From the NCBI GenBank assembly GCA_052327205.1, contig CM126235.1:1612001-1676000 (forward strand): a stretch of 64,000 bases of DNA. The letters run 5' to 3'. Under the pieces are notes generated by a model. That model was given only the letters and a program-made list of their open reading frames with translations. It was not told the DNA's origin and ran no database searches. Source of the DNA: Somniosus microcephalus. Its lineage: Eukaryota. Shown here in pieces: positions 38,394 through 51,740 of the stretch. Numbering within the stretch: position 1 is the stretch's first letter; each line of letters opens with the position of its first letter. Position numbers and translations under genes: made by a program.

Positions 38394-39865
38394 GCTGTTT
38401 TCAGAGCATCTGCTAATGCTGTCAGGTACATTTCTGTCTGGATCAGGAATGGATTAATCACTGTGTTAAATTGCACAGCTAACTGTTACACTGGAAATCG
38501 TGCAGAGGGGGAAATTAAACCAGTAACTGTCAGCGGGCACGGGAACCCTGGGCGACCTTTGCTCTCCCTCACCCTATACCACAGTGGATAATTGGAGAAC
38601 CCACCTGCTATCCAGGCCAGGGCCAGCCACTCAGCGCAGGTTTAAAGTGAAACAGGGAGGCTTCTCTCTCTACAGCTCTGTGCAAATCCATCAACCGTCA
38701 CTGAGCTGGACCTGCACATTGTTGAGGCAGAGGCTACAGGCTCCTAGTGCAGGATGACACCAAGCCCTGTGGAGGAGGAAGGGAAGAGTGAGGGAGGTGA
38801 GGAGGTGTGTAGTTTTGAGATCCTGGGAAAGAATGAGTTAACAAGTCAATTTTAACACATTGAGGATGCTGGGAAGGAGGGTTGAAGTGTCGGAGGAGCA
38901 AAGCAATGGCAAAAGCCAAATTGGAAAGGGAGATAAATAAAGCTGCGATGGAGAGAGCGAGACTGGAGGCGAAAATTGAAAGAACGATCACAGAATGATA
39001 CAGCACAGAGGGAGGCCATTCTGCCCATCGTGCCTGTGCTGGCTCTTTGAAAGAGCTCTCCAATTAGTCCCACTCCCCCTGCTTTTTCCCCACAGCCCAG
39101 CAAATTTCCACCCCTTCAAGTATTTAAATAATAGCTTTTTCCCCGTATCCTGTCCATGAGCGTGAGAGTCCTAGGACTGGATTTTACCAGCCCTGAGGAG
39201 GCGAGTTCGGAGGCGGGACTGTTGGAAAAATTTGAAAAAATGATGGCGGGTTCCTATCCCACTGTCAACCCGCCCACGCGCAACTTTGCCAGAGGCGGGC
39301 TTGCAGAGTCCTTTTCTGTCGAGCCTCCAGGCGGTGGGATCGGCCCTTAAGGCACTTAACTACCACTTACCTACCACTTAACTACCACTTACCCACCACT
39401 TAACTACCACTTACCCACCACTTAACTACCACTCACCTACCACTTAACTACCGCTTAACTACCACTTACCTGCCACTTAACTACCACTTAACTACCACTT
39501 AACTACCACCTACCTACCACTTACCTACCACTTACCTACCTCTATAATGCTATTTTGTGAGCCCTTTCACATTTTCCCACATTTCCCGCGTGCTGCACGT
39601 CTCTCCTGAAACACGCCAGCTAATCCTGTTGGGTTGACAAGTGGCTGGCTTCCTAACAGCTGCAGCCCCACCATAAAAACGGAGCTCTCAACAAGGATCA
39701 GTTGCAGGTGGCAGAACTCTGTTTTTTCAGGTCTTGGAGAACTTTTTACAGGTTCACTGATGTTGGATGTAGTGAAGCAGAGATCCATCTCCACTGTGAC
39801 CTCCTGAGAAAACCCTCTCCCCACATTGACTGAGTGCTTCCTCAACGGAGATATCTACCAGTAGC

Positions 39866-41100
39866 ATGGGAACCATTTATTTCCTTTCATCCTGGACCTC
39901 AGATTCGGACGAAGACCAGCCGTGGCAGCAGCAGAACCAGGAACAACAGTAGCAACAACAACAGGTTCGCCAAGCTGCTGCTCACCCACCTGATGGTGCC
40001 CAGGGCAGAGGGCTTCAGCGCAGGGAAGCACGTCACTGCAGGAGATACCCCCAAAACAGGGTTTACAGGCAAAGGATGAGCTTCCTCAACATGAGTGAGC
40101 AGCAGTGCCAAAGGAGGCTGAGACTTTTGCGAGAGGTAGTCGGTGACATCTGCGCAATGCTGCAGCAAGACCTGGAGCCCAGAGGACCCGGTGGACACCC
40201 CTTACCAGTGGCTGTCAAAGTCACCACCGCACTCAACTTTTTTGCTTCAGACGCCTTCCAGGGATCATCAGCAGACATCAGCGGCATCTCCCAGTCAACC
40301 GCACACACTTGCATCATGCAGTTTACCGATGCCCTCTTTGCAAAGGCACACAATTACCTCCACTTCTCCAAGGATCAAGCAAGTATAACCGCGCGTGTGG
40401 ATGGCTTTGCAAATATGGCAGGCTTGCCAAGGGTGCAGGGTATCGTAGACTGCACACATGTTGCCCTTAAGGCACCCCATCAAAACCCAGCTCTTTTTGT
40501 CAACCGCAAGGGCTTCCACTCCCTCAACGTGCAGCTGGTGTGTAAGCACAAGAAGGACATTTTGCATGTTTGCGCCAAGTACCCTGGCAGTTGCCATGAA
40601 TCGTTCCTCCTGCGGAAGTCTAGTGTGCCTCCGCTCTTCAATCTGCCAAACCAACTTTTGGGATGGCTACTTGGAGACAAGGGCTATTCCCTGTAGACGT
40701 GGCTAATGATGCCATTCAGGAGGCCATCCAACAGGAGCGCTACAACTCCAGCCACATTTCGACCAGAGACATTATCGGGCAAACCATCGGCTTGCTGAAG
40801 ATGTGATTCAGATGCCTTGACAGATCAGGTAGAGCTCTGCAGTACTCAGCAGCCAGGGTCTCCAGAATCATCATGGTCTGCTGTGCACTTCACAACATTG
40901 CACAGCATCGTGGCTTGCAGCTGCCTAAGGAACAAATGGCTCAGCGCTTAGCCTCCTCAGATGAGGAGGAGGATGAGGAGGAGGCGGAGGAGAAGGAGGA
41001 GAATGAGAACGAAGACCTTGCGGATTCGCATCAACCAGCTGCAACAGCACGCGAGCACATTGCTGCCCGGGATGCACTCACCTTGGCCAGATTTGCTTAA
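39866..41100 (+). pseudogene. Harbinger (HARBI1-like) DDE transposase, disabled
   Basis: [61 protein letters not shown]; several stops and a frameshift. Confidence 0.92.
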
Positions 41101-41358
41101 GTTGCCCATTCAAACACATGTGCCTGGCACCTTCTTACCACACCATAGACAATAGACAAGAACCTATGGCTTCTTATCATTCTGACAACCATCATGGCAA
41201 ATCCAATTCACCCTGAGCACTCAATATGGAACTTCCATTTCCGAAATGACAGAGTCCAGAACTTCAACAGTTTGCCATCACTTCATTTTAATACATTGAC
41301 TAAAGGATGGCATTTAACAATTAAACACAACAGAACACCCAAGTGACTACCCTTGTGG

Positions 41359-41899
41359 CTACTTGTGCTTTATCTTCCTCTTATGCATGCTCCTATGTGG
41401 TGCTTCCCCTGTGGCTTCAGCAGAAGTGGAGGCCCCTTGCTCACTCTCATGCTGCCCCTGCTTCGACAGCTTTGGCGGGCATCCTCTGGGTTTGCGAACC
41501 TGTGAGGGCTTGGCAACAGTCTGCTCCTCCTGCGGCTGTGCAGGGGCTGAAACGCCAATCTCAGTTGGGTGAGGACTCTGGTGGGGCTCTGACCGAGGGC
41601 TCCGCAGTGTGAGCACTTGGAGAGGAGCCCCCACTTCCTTGTTCTCTGCCACCAACATCCCTCTCATGGGTCAGCCCCACTTCAGAGCTAGCAAGTGGCT
41701 TGACAGCACCTTGCTGCACATCATGGGGGTCATGAGGATCCATTCCTGCACTGGCAGTCCTACTCCAGAGGACTTCCATGAAGGTCTGGTTTCTCTGATC
41801 AATAGCTGTCCATCGCTCCTCCAGAGGTGTCAGTCTATTCTGAACATTCACCATGTTTTCCACATTCTGGCAACTTAGCTCCTCTATGGCTGAAGCCAC
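41359..41899 (-). pseudogene. Last-exon remnant of the Harbinger Myb/SANT-like gene
   Basis: Homologous to 61416-61970 of the second Harbinger copy. Confidence 0.75.
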
Positions 41900-42007
41900 C
41901 CTCAGAATAAAGCAGTTGTGTTTTCAATAGCTCTGTCTCGACTCCCACGTTTGCCGCGGTATCTCAACACTGGTGACCCCGACGCTCAGGACGAATCCTA
42001 AGCTAGC

Positions 42008-42660
42008 ATGGCGGGTACAAACGTAGTCACGGTTAAATTACCTGACTTTTGGGAGAACCTCGCCGAAGCCTGGTTCGTTCAAGCTGAGTCCAGATTCCGG
42101 CTGAAAGGCATTACAGTCGACGCCACGAAGTACGACTACCTCGTCGCCTCGCTCACCTACGCTACAGTCCCCAAGGTTTGGGCAGCGCTGCAGAATCCAC
42201 CAACGGAGGGCAAGTACGAGCATCTGAAGGCTGCGCTACTTAAAAAATTTCAAACGTCCTCTTACCAGCGCCACTGCCAACTCCTGGACCTCCCCGGCCT
42301 TGGTGATGCTTCACCATCAGACCTGCTTTCCCACATGCTGTCCCTCTCAGACGACAAAAATCCCGGCGCCCTTTTTCGCACGTTTTTCATTCGGCAGCTC
42401 CCCGCCAGCATCCGCCCACTCCTTGTGGAGTCTGACTCCACGGACCTGAATGAGATAGCCAAAAAGGCCGACCGGCTGCTCTCTGCACAGGCCGCTCGCG
42501 ACGTCGCGCCCGACCTCACGGCAACGACCACGCGGTCTTCTCGGGCCGCTAGGCCCGACTGCCCTACCACTCCGGGTCACTGCTACTACCACACCCGTTT
42601 TGGCGCTAGGGCTCAACGCTGCACGCCACCGTGTTCCTTCAAACCCCCCCCGCACCGGCC
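42008..42660 (+). CDS. gag: Gag (CsRn1-like)
   Basis: VKLPDFW..AWFVQAE..; CYYHTRFGARAQRCTPPC CHCC motif. Confidence 0.88.
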
Positions 42661-45600
42661 CCCGCGATGGCCGCGGGGCAGAAGGAGCCCCTACTGTACG
42701 TCACTGACGACAGAACCAACCGCCGATTTCTGTGCGACACAGGGGCCCAGCACAGCATCACCCCCACCTCCGCCCTCGAGATCCAACGCGGCACACGGGG
42801 TATCACACTGGCTGCAGCCAACGGCTCTGAAATCCGCACATATGGCACCCGCATGGTCACGCTCGACCTCGCGGGCTGCCGCTACCGCTGGGAGTTCCTG
42901 ACAGCCAAGGTCCTCTGCCCACTCATCGGCGCTGACTTCCTACGCGCCCACGGCCTCCTTGTCGACATTCCGAGGCACCGCCTCGTCGACATCAACACTA
43001 TGGCCCCCCTCCCCGGCGCCTTTACCCCGGCCCGTTCGGCCGGCCCGACGACCTACTGCCTCGCCAGAGCCACGGACGACTACTCGGCACTCCTAGCTGA
43101 GTTTCCCGCCCTCACTAACCCGACCTTTTTGGCCAAAGCCGCCAAGCACGGTGTGGAACACTATATCCCCACCACCGGCCCCCCAGTTTCTGCCCACGCC
43201 CGCAGACTCAACCCGGCCAAGCTGGAAATCGTGCGGGCCGAGTTTACCCACATGGAACAACTCGGCATCATCCGCCGCTCCAGCAGCCCTTGGGCCTCGC
43301 CCCTCCACATCGCCCCCAAGCCCGGCGGAGGCTGGCGCCCTTGCGGGGACTAACGCCGCCTCAACGACGCCACCACCCCCGATCGGTACCCGGTGCCACA
43401 CATCCAGGACTTCTCGGCCCGACTGGCCGGACGAACCGTCTTTTCCAAAGTCGACCTGGTGCGCGGTTACCACCAAGTCCCCGTACACCCCGCGGACATC
43501 CCCAAAACGGCCGTCATCACCCCATTCGGCCTGTTCGAGTTCCTGAGGATGCCCTTCGGCCTCAAGAATGCAGCACAGGCTTTCCAGCGCCTTATGGACT
43601 CAGTCCTCCGGGACCTGAACTTCCTATTCGTCTATCTAGACGACATTCTCGTGGCCAGCTCCTCCAAACAGGAACACCTCGAACACCTTCACATCCTGTT
43701 CGGGCGCCTAGCCCAACACGGGCTCATCCTCAGCCCGGCGAAGTGCCAATTCGGCCTAACCGAGATCGATTTTCTCGGTCACCACATCACCCCTGCTGGG
43801 GCCGTCCCCCTGCCCAACAAGGTGCAGGCCGTCCAGCAATTCCCCCGCCCCACAACCATCAAGGGCCTCCAGGAGTTCCTCGGGATGGTGAACTTCTACA
43901 ACAGGTTCATCCCCAGAGCCGCAGCCCTTATGAAGCCCCTATACAACTCCCTCCGAGGAAAGTCCGGCAAGATGGACGTAGCCTGGACCACTGACACGGC
44001 AGCCGCCTTCGACGCCACCAAAAACGCGCTCGCCGACGCCACTCTGCTCGCGCACCCGAGGGCCGATGCCCGGGTCGCGCTCACCACCGACGCCTCCGAC
44101 CACGCGGTCGGGGCCGTGTTCAAGCAGTGGGTCAATGGCGCGTGGCAGCCACTTGCCTTCTACAGCCGCCAACTGCGCCCCCCGGAGGTCAAATACTCCA
44201 CTTTCGACCGCGAGCTTCTCGCACTTCACCTGTCGGTCCGCCATTTCAGGTTCCTCCTGGAAGGCCGCCCCTTCACCGCGTATGTGGACCACAAGCCACT
44301 CACATACGCGATGGCCAAGCACACCGAACCCTGGTCCGCTAGGCAGCAACGCCAGCTCGCGGCCGTCTCCGAGTTTACTACGGACATTCAGCACGTCTCC
44401 GGTAGAGACAACATGGTCGCCGACTGCCTTTCCCGTCCCGCCGTCTGTGCGAATCACCTCGCGGTCGACTACGCACAACTAGCAGCGGCCCAGCTCACGG
44501 ACCCAGACCTCCTCTCGGCGGCTACCAGCCTGCCAGGGCTACGCCTAGCCAAGGTCGCGCACGGGCCCGAAGCCACGGCAGTCATGTGCGACGTCTCACT
44601 CGGCCAACCCAGGCCGGTCATCCCTGAGACCTGGCGCCGCCGCGTCTTCGACGCGCTCCACGGGCTCTCTCACCCGGGTTCCCGCGCATCCATCAAACTC
44701 CTCTCCAAGCGCTTCGTCTGGCGCGGCCTTAGCAGAGATGTTCGGACTTGGGCCACCTCCTGCCTCGCCTGCCAACGGGCTAAGGTACAGCTGCACACCA
44801 AAGCACCCCTGGGAGACTTCGAGGTACCCAGCCGCCACTTCGACCACGTACACGTCGACATCGTCGGTCCCCTGCCGCCATCGCAAGGCCAAACTTATCT
44901 CCTCACGATGGTCGACCGCTACACACGCTGGCCTGAGGCAGTGCCGCTGACCTCCACCACCACAGCCGACATCGCCAGGGCGTTCGTTAACACCTGGGTT
45001 GCGAGGTTCGGCGTACCGGCTGACATAACCTCCGACAGAGGCGCCCAGTTCACCTCCGAACTCTGGACGGCCACAGCACGCAACCTCGGGGTGACGCTCC
45101 ACCGCACCACGGCGTACCACCCGCAGGCCAACGGACTTTGTGAACGCTTCCACAGGTCACTCAAGGCCTCACTCCGCGCCGGCCTGCAGGACAGTACCTG
45201 GACTGACCGCCTACCGTGGGTGCTACTCGGCCTACGCACCGCGGTCAAGGAAGACCTCCAGTCCTCGGCAGCGGAGTTAGTCTACGGACAACCGCTGCGC
45301 GTCCCAGGCGAATTCCTTCCGGAGCCTACCAAGCCTTGGTCGGCCGAACAGCAGCGGCTCGACTCTTTCTCTTCCGCTCAGCAGTTCGCCCCACTTCCGG
45401 TCAACCGACACGGCGAACTCGCACCTCACGTCCCGCCAAATTTACAGCAGGCGCGCTTCGTCTTCGTGCGACACGACGTGCACCGCGGGCCCCTGCGACC
45501 CCCGTACGACGGTCCGTACGAGGTACTACAAACCGGGGACAAGGTATTCAAGCTGCGACTTGGCGACAGGGTCGAGACAGTCTCCATCGACCGGCTCAAA

Positions 45601-45783
45601 CCAGCACACACAGAACCAGGGGAACAGGTCCCCGTGGCCCAGCCTCCAGCCAGAGGCCGTCCCCCCGGCAAGCCAGCACAGCCGGCGGCGAACCGCCCGA
45701 CCCAACCAGCCAGACCGGCGACCACTCAGAGCCGCTGCGGCAGAACCATTAGACCACCGTCACGACTCGTCCACTCCTCCTAA
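42631..45783 (+). pseudogene. pol: Pol (PR-RT-RH-IN) with one nonsense codon at 43351-43353
   Basis: FLCDTGA; WRPCGD*RRLN (TAC to TAA); YLDD; TDASD; integrase HVDIVGP/TSDRGAQF/ERFH; GPY. Confidence 0.93.
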
Positions 45784-46814
45784 GCGGATTCTGGGGGGAG
45801 CTCTGTGGCGACACGCCACCACTGGACATAATCCGCTCACGGCGGCACAGACAGTCTAAGCAGAAGCCCCCAGCCGGGGGCCCTTTCCTCCAGCAACTTG
45901 TTTCCCGCAGGGACAGGCTGCCGGGAGCACTTCCTGTCTGGGAAGTATTTAAGTGGATGTGCGGGCTTTTCTAGTTCCTGTTTGCCATGTGGTCAGAATA
46001 AAGCAGTTGTGTTTTCAATAGCTCTGTCTCGACTCCCACGTTTGCCGCGGTATCTCAACAAGACCATGATTTTTCACTGGCTGCATCAACTCCACTGCAC
46101 CAGTGCAGACATGTTTAAATCGATCTTATTAAACATTTATCTGCGTAGAACACTCTGATGCACTGTATATCAGCAGGTAAGTGCACCGACCTCCACATAC
46201 ACACAGCCTAGAGCAGTGTAGCATTCTCCACACTTGCCTCCAGAATTGGGAAATTCCTGGACGATTCGATGCTTCCAAGATGCACCCATTGAAGCACGGT
46301 TCATATGCTGGGAATTTCCTTGGGGGGCGTTCCCCTGATTGGCCGCTGTTATTTTTTTACACGACGTGTCTGAGAGTTCTTCCACAGAAAACACGGTGAC
46401 CGATCGGGGAAACGTCGAAGAAAATTCCGAGCGATAATTCGGAGGCATCCTAATTGAAGGCTTTAAAGATTATGAAAAATAGAAACATCGAAAAATAGGA
46501 ACAGGAGTCGGCCATTCGGCCCTTCGAGCCTGCTCCGCCATTCAATATGATCATGGCTGATCCTCTATCTCAGTACCATATTCCCGCTCTCTCCCCATAC
46601 CCCGCGATGCCTTTTGTGTTTAGATGAATGGATACTGAAAGAGTTCATCTTGGTAAATTGCTCACTAAAGCAAATGACTCCAAAACCAAGTTTAAAGTGA
46701 AAATGTTAAAAGTAAGAAGTAAGGTGGAATTTTGTTTTAAACAAATGGTAGTAGAAATACAGATTCAGTCACCAGGCAAAGCCGCTGAAGCAGAATGAAT
46801 GTTGGAAACAATTA

Positions 46815-47372
46815 CAGGTAGACTACCCTTTATCCGAACTTCCGAAAACCGAAACCCTCTAAAAACCGAAGGTTTTTTCGTTCAGCGTAAGTCGTGCGCA
46901 CGACATGACCAGAGTAGCGCACGACTTACGCTGAGCAGGGCAGAGGGTCACTGAGTTCCCTCCTGGGTAGGAGATTGCAGACCGAGCCGGGCAGTGTGAA
47001 GGAGGTACCGGGAGAGTGAACCCAACAATACAGCGGCCCGTCCGATAGCTGCAGCGGCCTGTCCGATATTCTTTTATCCCCCCCCGACCCCCGACCCCCC
47101 CCCACCCTTTCGGATAAGGGATAGTGTATCCTTTTTCCGCACTTCCGAAAACCGAAATCCTCTGAAAACCGAAAGTGTTTTCGTTCAGCGTAAGTCGTGC
47201 GCACGACCCCGACCCCCCGCCGACCCCGACCCCCCCGCCGACCCCGACCCCCCGCCGACCCCCACCCCCGACAAATTTCCCAGTCTTATAAAATACCTTC
47301 CGAAATCCGAAATTTTCCGAAAACCGAAACACGGCTGGTCCCAAGGTTTTCGGATAAAGGATAGTCTACCTG
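46815..47372. mobile_element. Tc1/mariner-pogo-type MITE with TA TSD
   Basis: TA|caggtagactaccctttatccgaa...ttcggataaaggatagtctacctg|TA. Confidence 0.85.
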
Positions 47373-47471
47373 TAGTAGTTGTTAGAAGGAGAGAAGGGAT
47401 TGAGGATATGGGAGGAGGCAGTAAGTGGGGTTGAGATCAATCAAAAAAGGGACAGTCGTGTTGAACTCAAA

Positions 47472-48151
47472 GGGCTGGATTTTGTCAATGAAGGCGAGTT
47501 GGGGGCGGGACTGCTGGTTTTCGGGTTTTAGTCCCGCCCCCCAGTGACGCCTGACCAACCCACACTATTTTCCCTTGCTTGACCTTGTTAAGACCAGCCA
47601 ATCAAGGGAAAGCTGGTAACAGATGACGTCAGCGTATGACGCTTCATCTGTCGAAAAATTTTTGACAGATAAATTGTCAGCGTTTGACAACTTTGAGAAG
47701 ATGTCAAACACTGACAATCTCTGTTCTAAAGTGAGCCCTTGCACAGAAGGCTCACCAAAACCTCTCCCCTCAGCAGAAAGCAGATGGCTGCTGCATCTGA
47801 GAATGCTGCAGCCATTCTGTCATCTCTGCCATTGAGATGAGGCATCTCCGGATCCCCAAGGATTGAAGTCTGCAGAAAGAAACAAAGGTAAGGAACCTTT
47901 TTCCAACACTTTACACTCACCTCTTACACTCACCTCCACAGCAGACATTTTGACCCCTCTCACCCCCGCAGACCCACTGCTCGACTCGCTGACCCTGGCG
48001 AGTTTCGCACTTGCCGCCTCCCGGGAAGATGGCACGGAGGCGGGTTGGGAGTGGAGTTGGGAGCGGGGTTGGTACCCGCTCCCAGTTTCTGCCATTTTCC
48101 CAGCAGTCCCGTCTCCAAACCCACCTCCTCAGGGCTGGTAAAATCCAGCTT
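47472..48151. mobile_element. Non-autonomous Harbinger-type MITE
   Basis: TIRs gggctggatttt...aaaatccagc; homologous to 8346-9123. Confidence 0.8.
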
Positions 48152-50190
48152 GGGCTCTAACAATTCTTTAAGATCTTCAATTCTCTGAAGTACTGTAGTG
48201 CAGTCGAGCTGAACCAACAGCAGAAAAGCAATCATTAATTCAAGGTGCTTCAGCAATCATGTCATTGCAATTCAGTTCATGTTAACTCTGCTTTAATTCT
48301 ATGTTAATGATGAGATGCTCTTTAATAACAAATTGAAATGAAGGAACAATGCAGAAGAGATAATTATAAAAGAATCTGAGTGATTACGTTTTCTAGTAAC
48401 ACTTAAACCATTAGCTGTCCCCTCCTCCGACATTTTAATTGTCTATAAAAGGCTTTCTTGTCCCTTGTTGAGTGCGGGAATATATCCAACATTTTAACCT
48501 AACAGACTGGTTCAATGAGTTAGGGAAAAATGTTTTTTAATTCGTTCCTGGGATGTGGGCGTCGCTGGCAAGGCCGGCATTTATCCTAGTTGCCCTTGAG
48601 AAGGTGGTGGTGAGTGTAGTGTATGTAACCGTTCCACCTTTAAGAGAACTATTTTAAGAGTTGCACTACTTTATCTTGGCTGCTGTATACTGTAATACCG
48701 GCGGTGACCACACCGGTATATAAGTGCTGTGTAATGATTTATTGGGCAGTTCCGCCCTGACCTTCAACTAGTAAAGTCCTGTTAAAGTTTACTCTTGTGG
48801 TCTGTGTAGTAATTCTCATTATAACACACAGACTTAACAGTGGCGACGAGTACGATCTTACCCTGCGGCAGAGATTATCCAAGGCAGTTTAACGGGCGTC
48901 GAGAAGAGGCATCCGCCCTCACCATTCTGCTGAGAGAAGACTCGGGTCTGCAGAGCAACGGAAGAATTCTAACACGAAGCCTTCCATCAGCAACAGGCAG
49001 GATCGTCCCTTCTATCACGGTGGTGGGTGAGCCGATCAGCGACGAGAAGCAAGTCGGCCACGTTGACTGTGAGTAGGGGAGAAAAAAAAAAAAAAAAACG
49101 GAGGATATAAGGGCGGAGAACTCGACCACGGCCAGGGAAAGGAGCCGGACAGAAGTCGGGGCCAGAAGCGCTGAGACTGGGGCAGCGTAGGCACGGAAGC
49201 CGCGGTGAATGCAAACGCAGCCGGTGTGAGAGACCGCAGCGAATGCAAACGCAGCCAGTGTGAGAGGCCGGGCTGCAAGCGGGCTGGGAGACGCAGCAGC
49301 GTCGAGAGCAAGCTCGACTGCGACCGGTGAAAAAGGCCGGGCAGCTACCGAGGCCGCGAGGCGCAGCGACCGGGACAGCAAGGCGCGGGAGAAAATAAAA
49401 AAAATTTAAAAAAACGCGGCGAACTCAGCCGCAGCCGGGGGGGGGGGGAAAGGACCGGACTGCAAGAGGGGCTGGGAGGCATGATTGAAAACCGCTGGGG
49501 AGGGCGAATGCAGCAATACGGCAATCGCCGTTACAGCCAGCGGGAGAGATAGAGCCCGAGCGAGCGGGAGAGACAGAGCCTGAGCGAGCGGAAGAGAGAA
49601 CGAGACCGAGCGAGCGAGGGAGAACGAGACCGAGCGAGCGAGGGAGACTGTGCGAGCGAGGGAGACCGAGCGAGCGAGGGAGGACGAGACCGAGCGAGGG
49701 AGACCGAGCGAGATTTCCGCCCAGCGGCTTACAGCAGCTTTCCGCAAAGGACCAAGAGCTGGAACTGTCCGCCGCCAACTGGTTGCCCCCAGCGCCCGGT
49801 TGCCCCTGTCAGGAAAGGGAACAAGGAACTCAATCAGCTGTTCTCGCGCTTTCAGAATAAACTGAAGCCGGCGCGCAGGCTGCGAACCCCGAAAGCCAGC
49901 GGTCGTCGCCCGAGGGCAAAGCTTACCCCTCCCGCCCGAGGAAGAAACGCGGGAAGCCGCCATTTAGGCGGGGAAGAAGACAAGCACGGGAAACTGCCAT
50001 TCTCGGAGGCGGGGAAGAAGACAAGCGCGGGAAACCGCCATTCTCGGAGGCGGGGAAGAAGACAAGCGCGAGAAACCGCCATTCTCGGAGGCGGGGAAGA
50101 AGATAAGCGCGGGAAACCGCCATTTTTGAAAAAAAAAAGTTAAAGAAAAAAAAAAAAAAATTCCTTTTGTTTCTCAAAAAGATTGCAAAG

Positions 50191-51300
50191 ATGCCTAAGC
50201 GTGGTAACATCAACGATTTCAATCCCGATGTGGAAGATTGGGCCACGTATGTAGAATGCATAGAAATATATTGTAAGGCTAATAAAATATCAAATGATGA
50301 TAAAGCATTAACCTTACTAAACTCAATGGGTGCGAAGACATACGGGCTATGGAAGCATCTTCTATCACCAGCTAAACCGACGGATCAGACTTTCGCTAAT
50401 ATTGTTGCTGTCCTGAAGGATCATTTGAACCCCACACCGCTGATGTTAGCGGAACGATTTAAATTTTATGCGAGAACGCAACTGAAAGAGGAAAGCAACG
50501 CGGAGTACTTAATTGAACTGCGTAAGCTAGCGAAATACTGTCAGTTTGGGGAAAGACTGACAGAGGCACTGAGAGACAAGTTCGTGTGTGGGTTGTCAAA
50601 GGAAGGAACACAAAAGCGACTGCTCGAAGAGAATGATCTTACACTTGATAAGGCTGTCACTATTGCAGCATCGCACGAAGCCGCAGCGAGAGGCACTGTG
50701 GAAATGCAGCTGAAGGCAGCGGTACTCAGCGTGGATCAAATGGCTTCGGGTACAACGAAATGTTATCGTTGTGGGAAGACAACACACGATCAGAACCAAT
50801 GCTGGTTTAAAAACCAGGAATGTAGAAAATGTGGCAAGCTTGGTCACATAGCTAAAGTATGCCGGTCAGGAAAGAAGACCAGCAACAAAAAGTCACCGCA
50901 GGAAAAGTGCAGCAAGGTACACAAGGTGGCTGAGAAGAGTTCGGATGAACAGAATTCGGATTCAGACTCCAACAGCAAGGAACTGGGTAGTCTGAGAATT
51001 CACAATGTGAGTAAGGAAGCTGACCGACAAACTATCTGGGTCGCACTGCAGATAGCAGGAGTCCACGTGAAGTTGGACTTGGACACCGGATCGGCGTTGA
51101 CGGTCATGAATAAACAAGATTACAAAAAGTTATTCACACATATTCCCCTATGGGATACGAAGCTAGTATTGCAGACATACACGGGGCAAAGAGTATACCC
51201 CATCGGAAAGATAAAAGTCAAGGTAAGACCAGCCCATGTGCAAAAGACAAGTCTAAAATGGACTTGCAGACTAATGATGGAAAAACAAAGGAGCGCATAA
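50191..51300 (+). CDS. gag: Gag plus truncated aspartic protease
   Basis: [32 protein letters not shown]; [14 protein letters not shown] and [14 protein letters not shown]; LDTGS; retroelement homology stops near 51226. Confidence 0.92.
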   Translation: MPKRGNINDFNPDVEDWATYVECIEIYCKANKISNDDKALTLLNSMGAKTYGLWKHLLSPAKPTDQTFANIVAVLKDHLNPTPLMLAERFKFYARTQLKEESNAEYLIELRKLAKYCQFGERLTEALRDKFVCGLSKEGTQKRLLEENDLTLDKAVTIAASHEAAARGTVEMQLKAAVLSVDQMASGTTKCYRCGKTTHDQNQCWFKNQECRKCGKLGHIAKVCRSGKKTSNKKSPQEKCSKVHKVAEKSSDEQNSDSDSNSKELGSLRIHNVSKEADRQTIWVALQIAGVHVKLDLDTGSALTVMNKQDYKKLFTHIPLWDTKLVLQTYTGQRVYPIGKIKVKVRPAHVQKTSLKWTCRLMMEKQRSA

Positions 51301-51407
51301 ATGCTTCAGAAGAGAACAAAGTATCAGAACAGATTTCCACTGAACAACAACAACATAGTTTGACAGAGAATTCTGAGTCTGTCCAGTCTACAGACATGCA
51401 CATTTCT

Positions 51408-51740
51408 GAGGAACACTGGGCTCGAACTCAACTAAATTTCAAACTACAACAGCAATTGGAACAAATGATTCGCCGTTTTGAGCAAGAGATGAATGCAAAG
51501 AAAAAGTTCTTTGACACAGAGTGGGAGAATCTGGAAAGACAGCTGAAGCAGCTGATTGAGAAAATGGAGCAGGAACACACAAACCGTCTGCGCGAGGAGG
51601 CCAAATGAATCAAAGCTGAGCAAGAAAGGGAATATGTCGAATTCATCGATCAGTTGAAAGCTAAGAAGAAAGAGCACCCTTTTGTTAGCAGTGTCAGCAG
51701 TAATAAGCCACTCAGGGAATTGGGGGCAGAGGCAAAAACT
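51408..51740 (+). pseudogene. STK10: Captured STK10 (LOK/SLK family) cDNA: coiled-coil segment joined to the post-kinase segment
   Basis: [61 protein letters not shown] followed by HPFVSSVSSNKPLRELGAEAK; recognised from vertebrate STK10/SLK sequences. Confidence 0.85.

Larger units (their letters stand above)
39174..41901 (+). mobile_element. PIF/Harbinger DNA transposon, right part lost
   Basis: Left TIR ggactggattttaccagccc; taccacttaac tandem at 39352-39540; transposase on + and convergent last exon of the Myb-like gene on -. Confidence 0.9.
41902..46060 (+). mobile_element. CsRn1-like Gypsy LTR retrotransposon with truncated 5' LTR
   Basis: 3' LTR 45804-46060; 5' remnant 41902-41969 identical to its last 68 bp; PBS tggtgaccccgacg (tRNA-Trp complement) at 41971; PPT ggggggag. 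Confidence 0.95.

Noticed and set aside
48875-50261. Antisense ORFs in the LTR element leader
   Set aside because: Low-complexity translations of GC-rich tandem repeats
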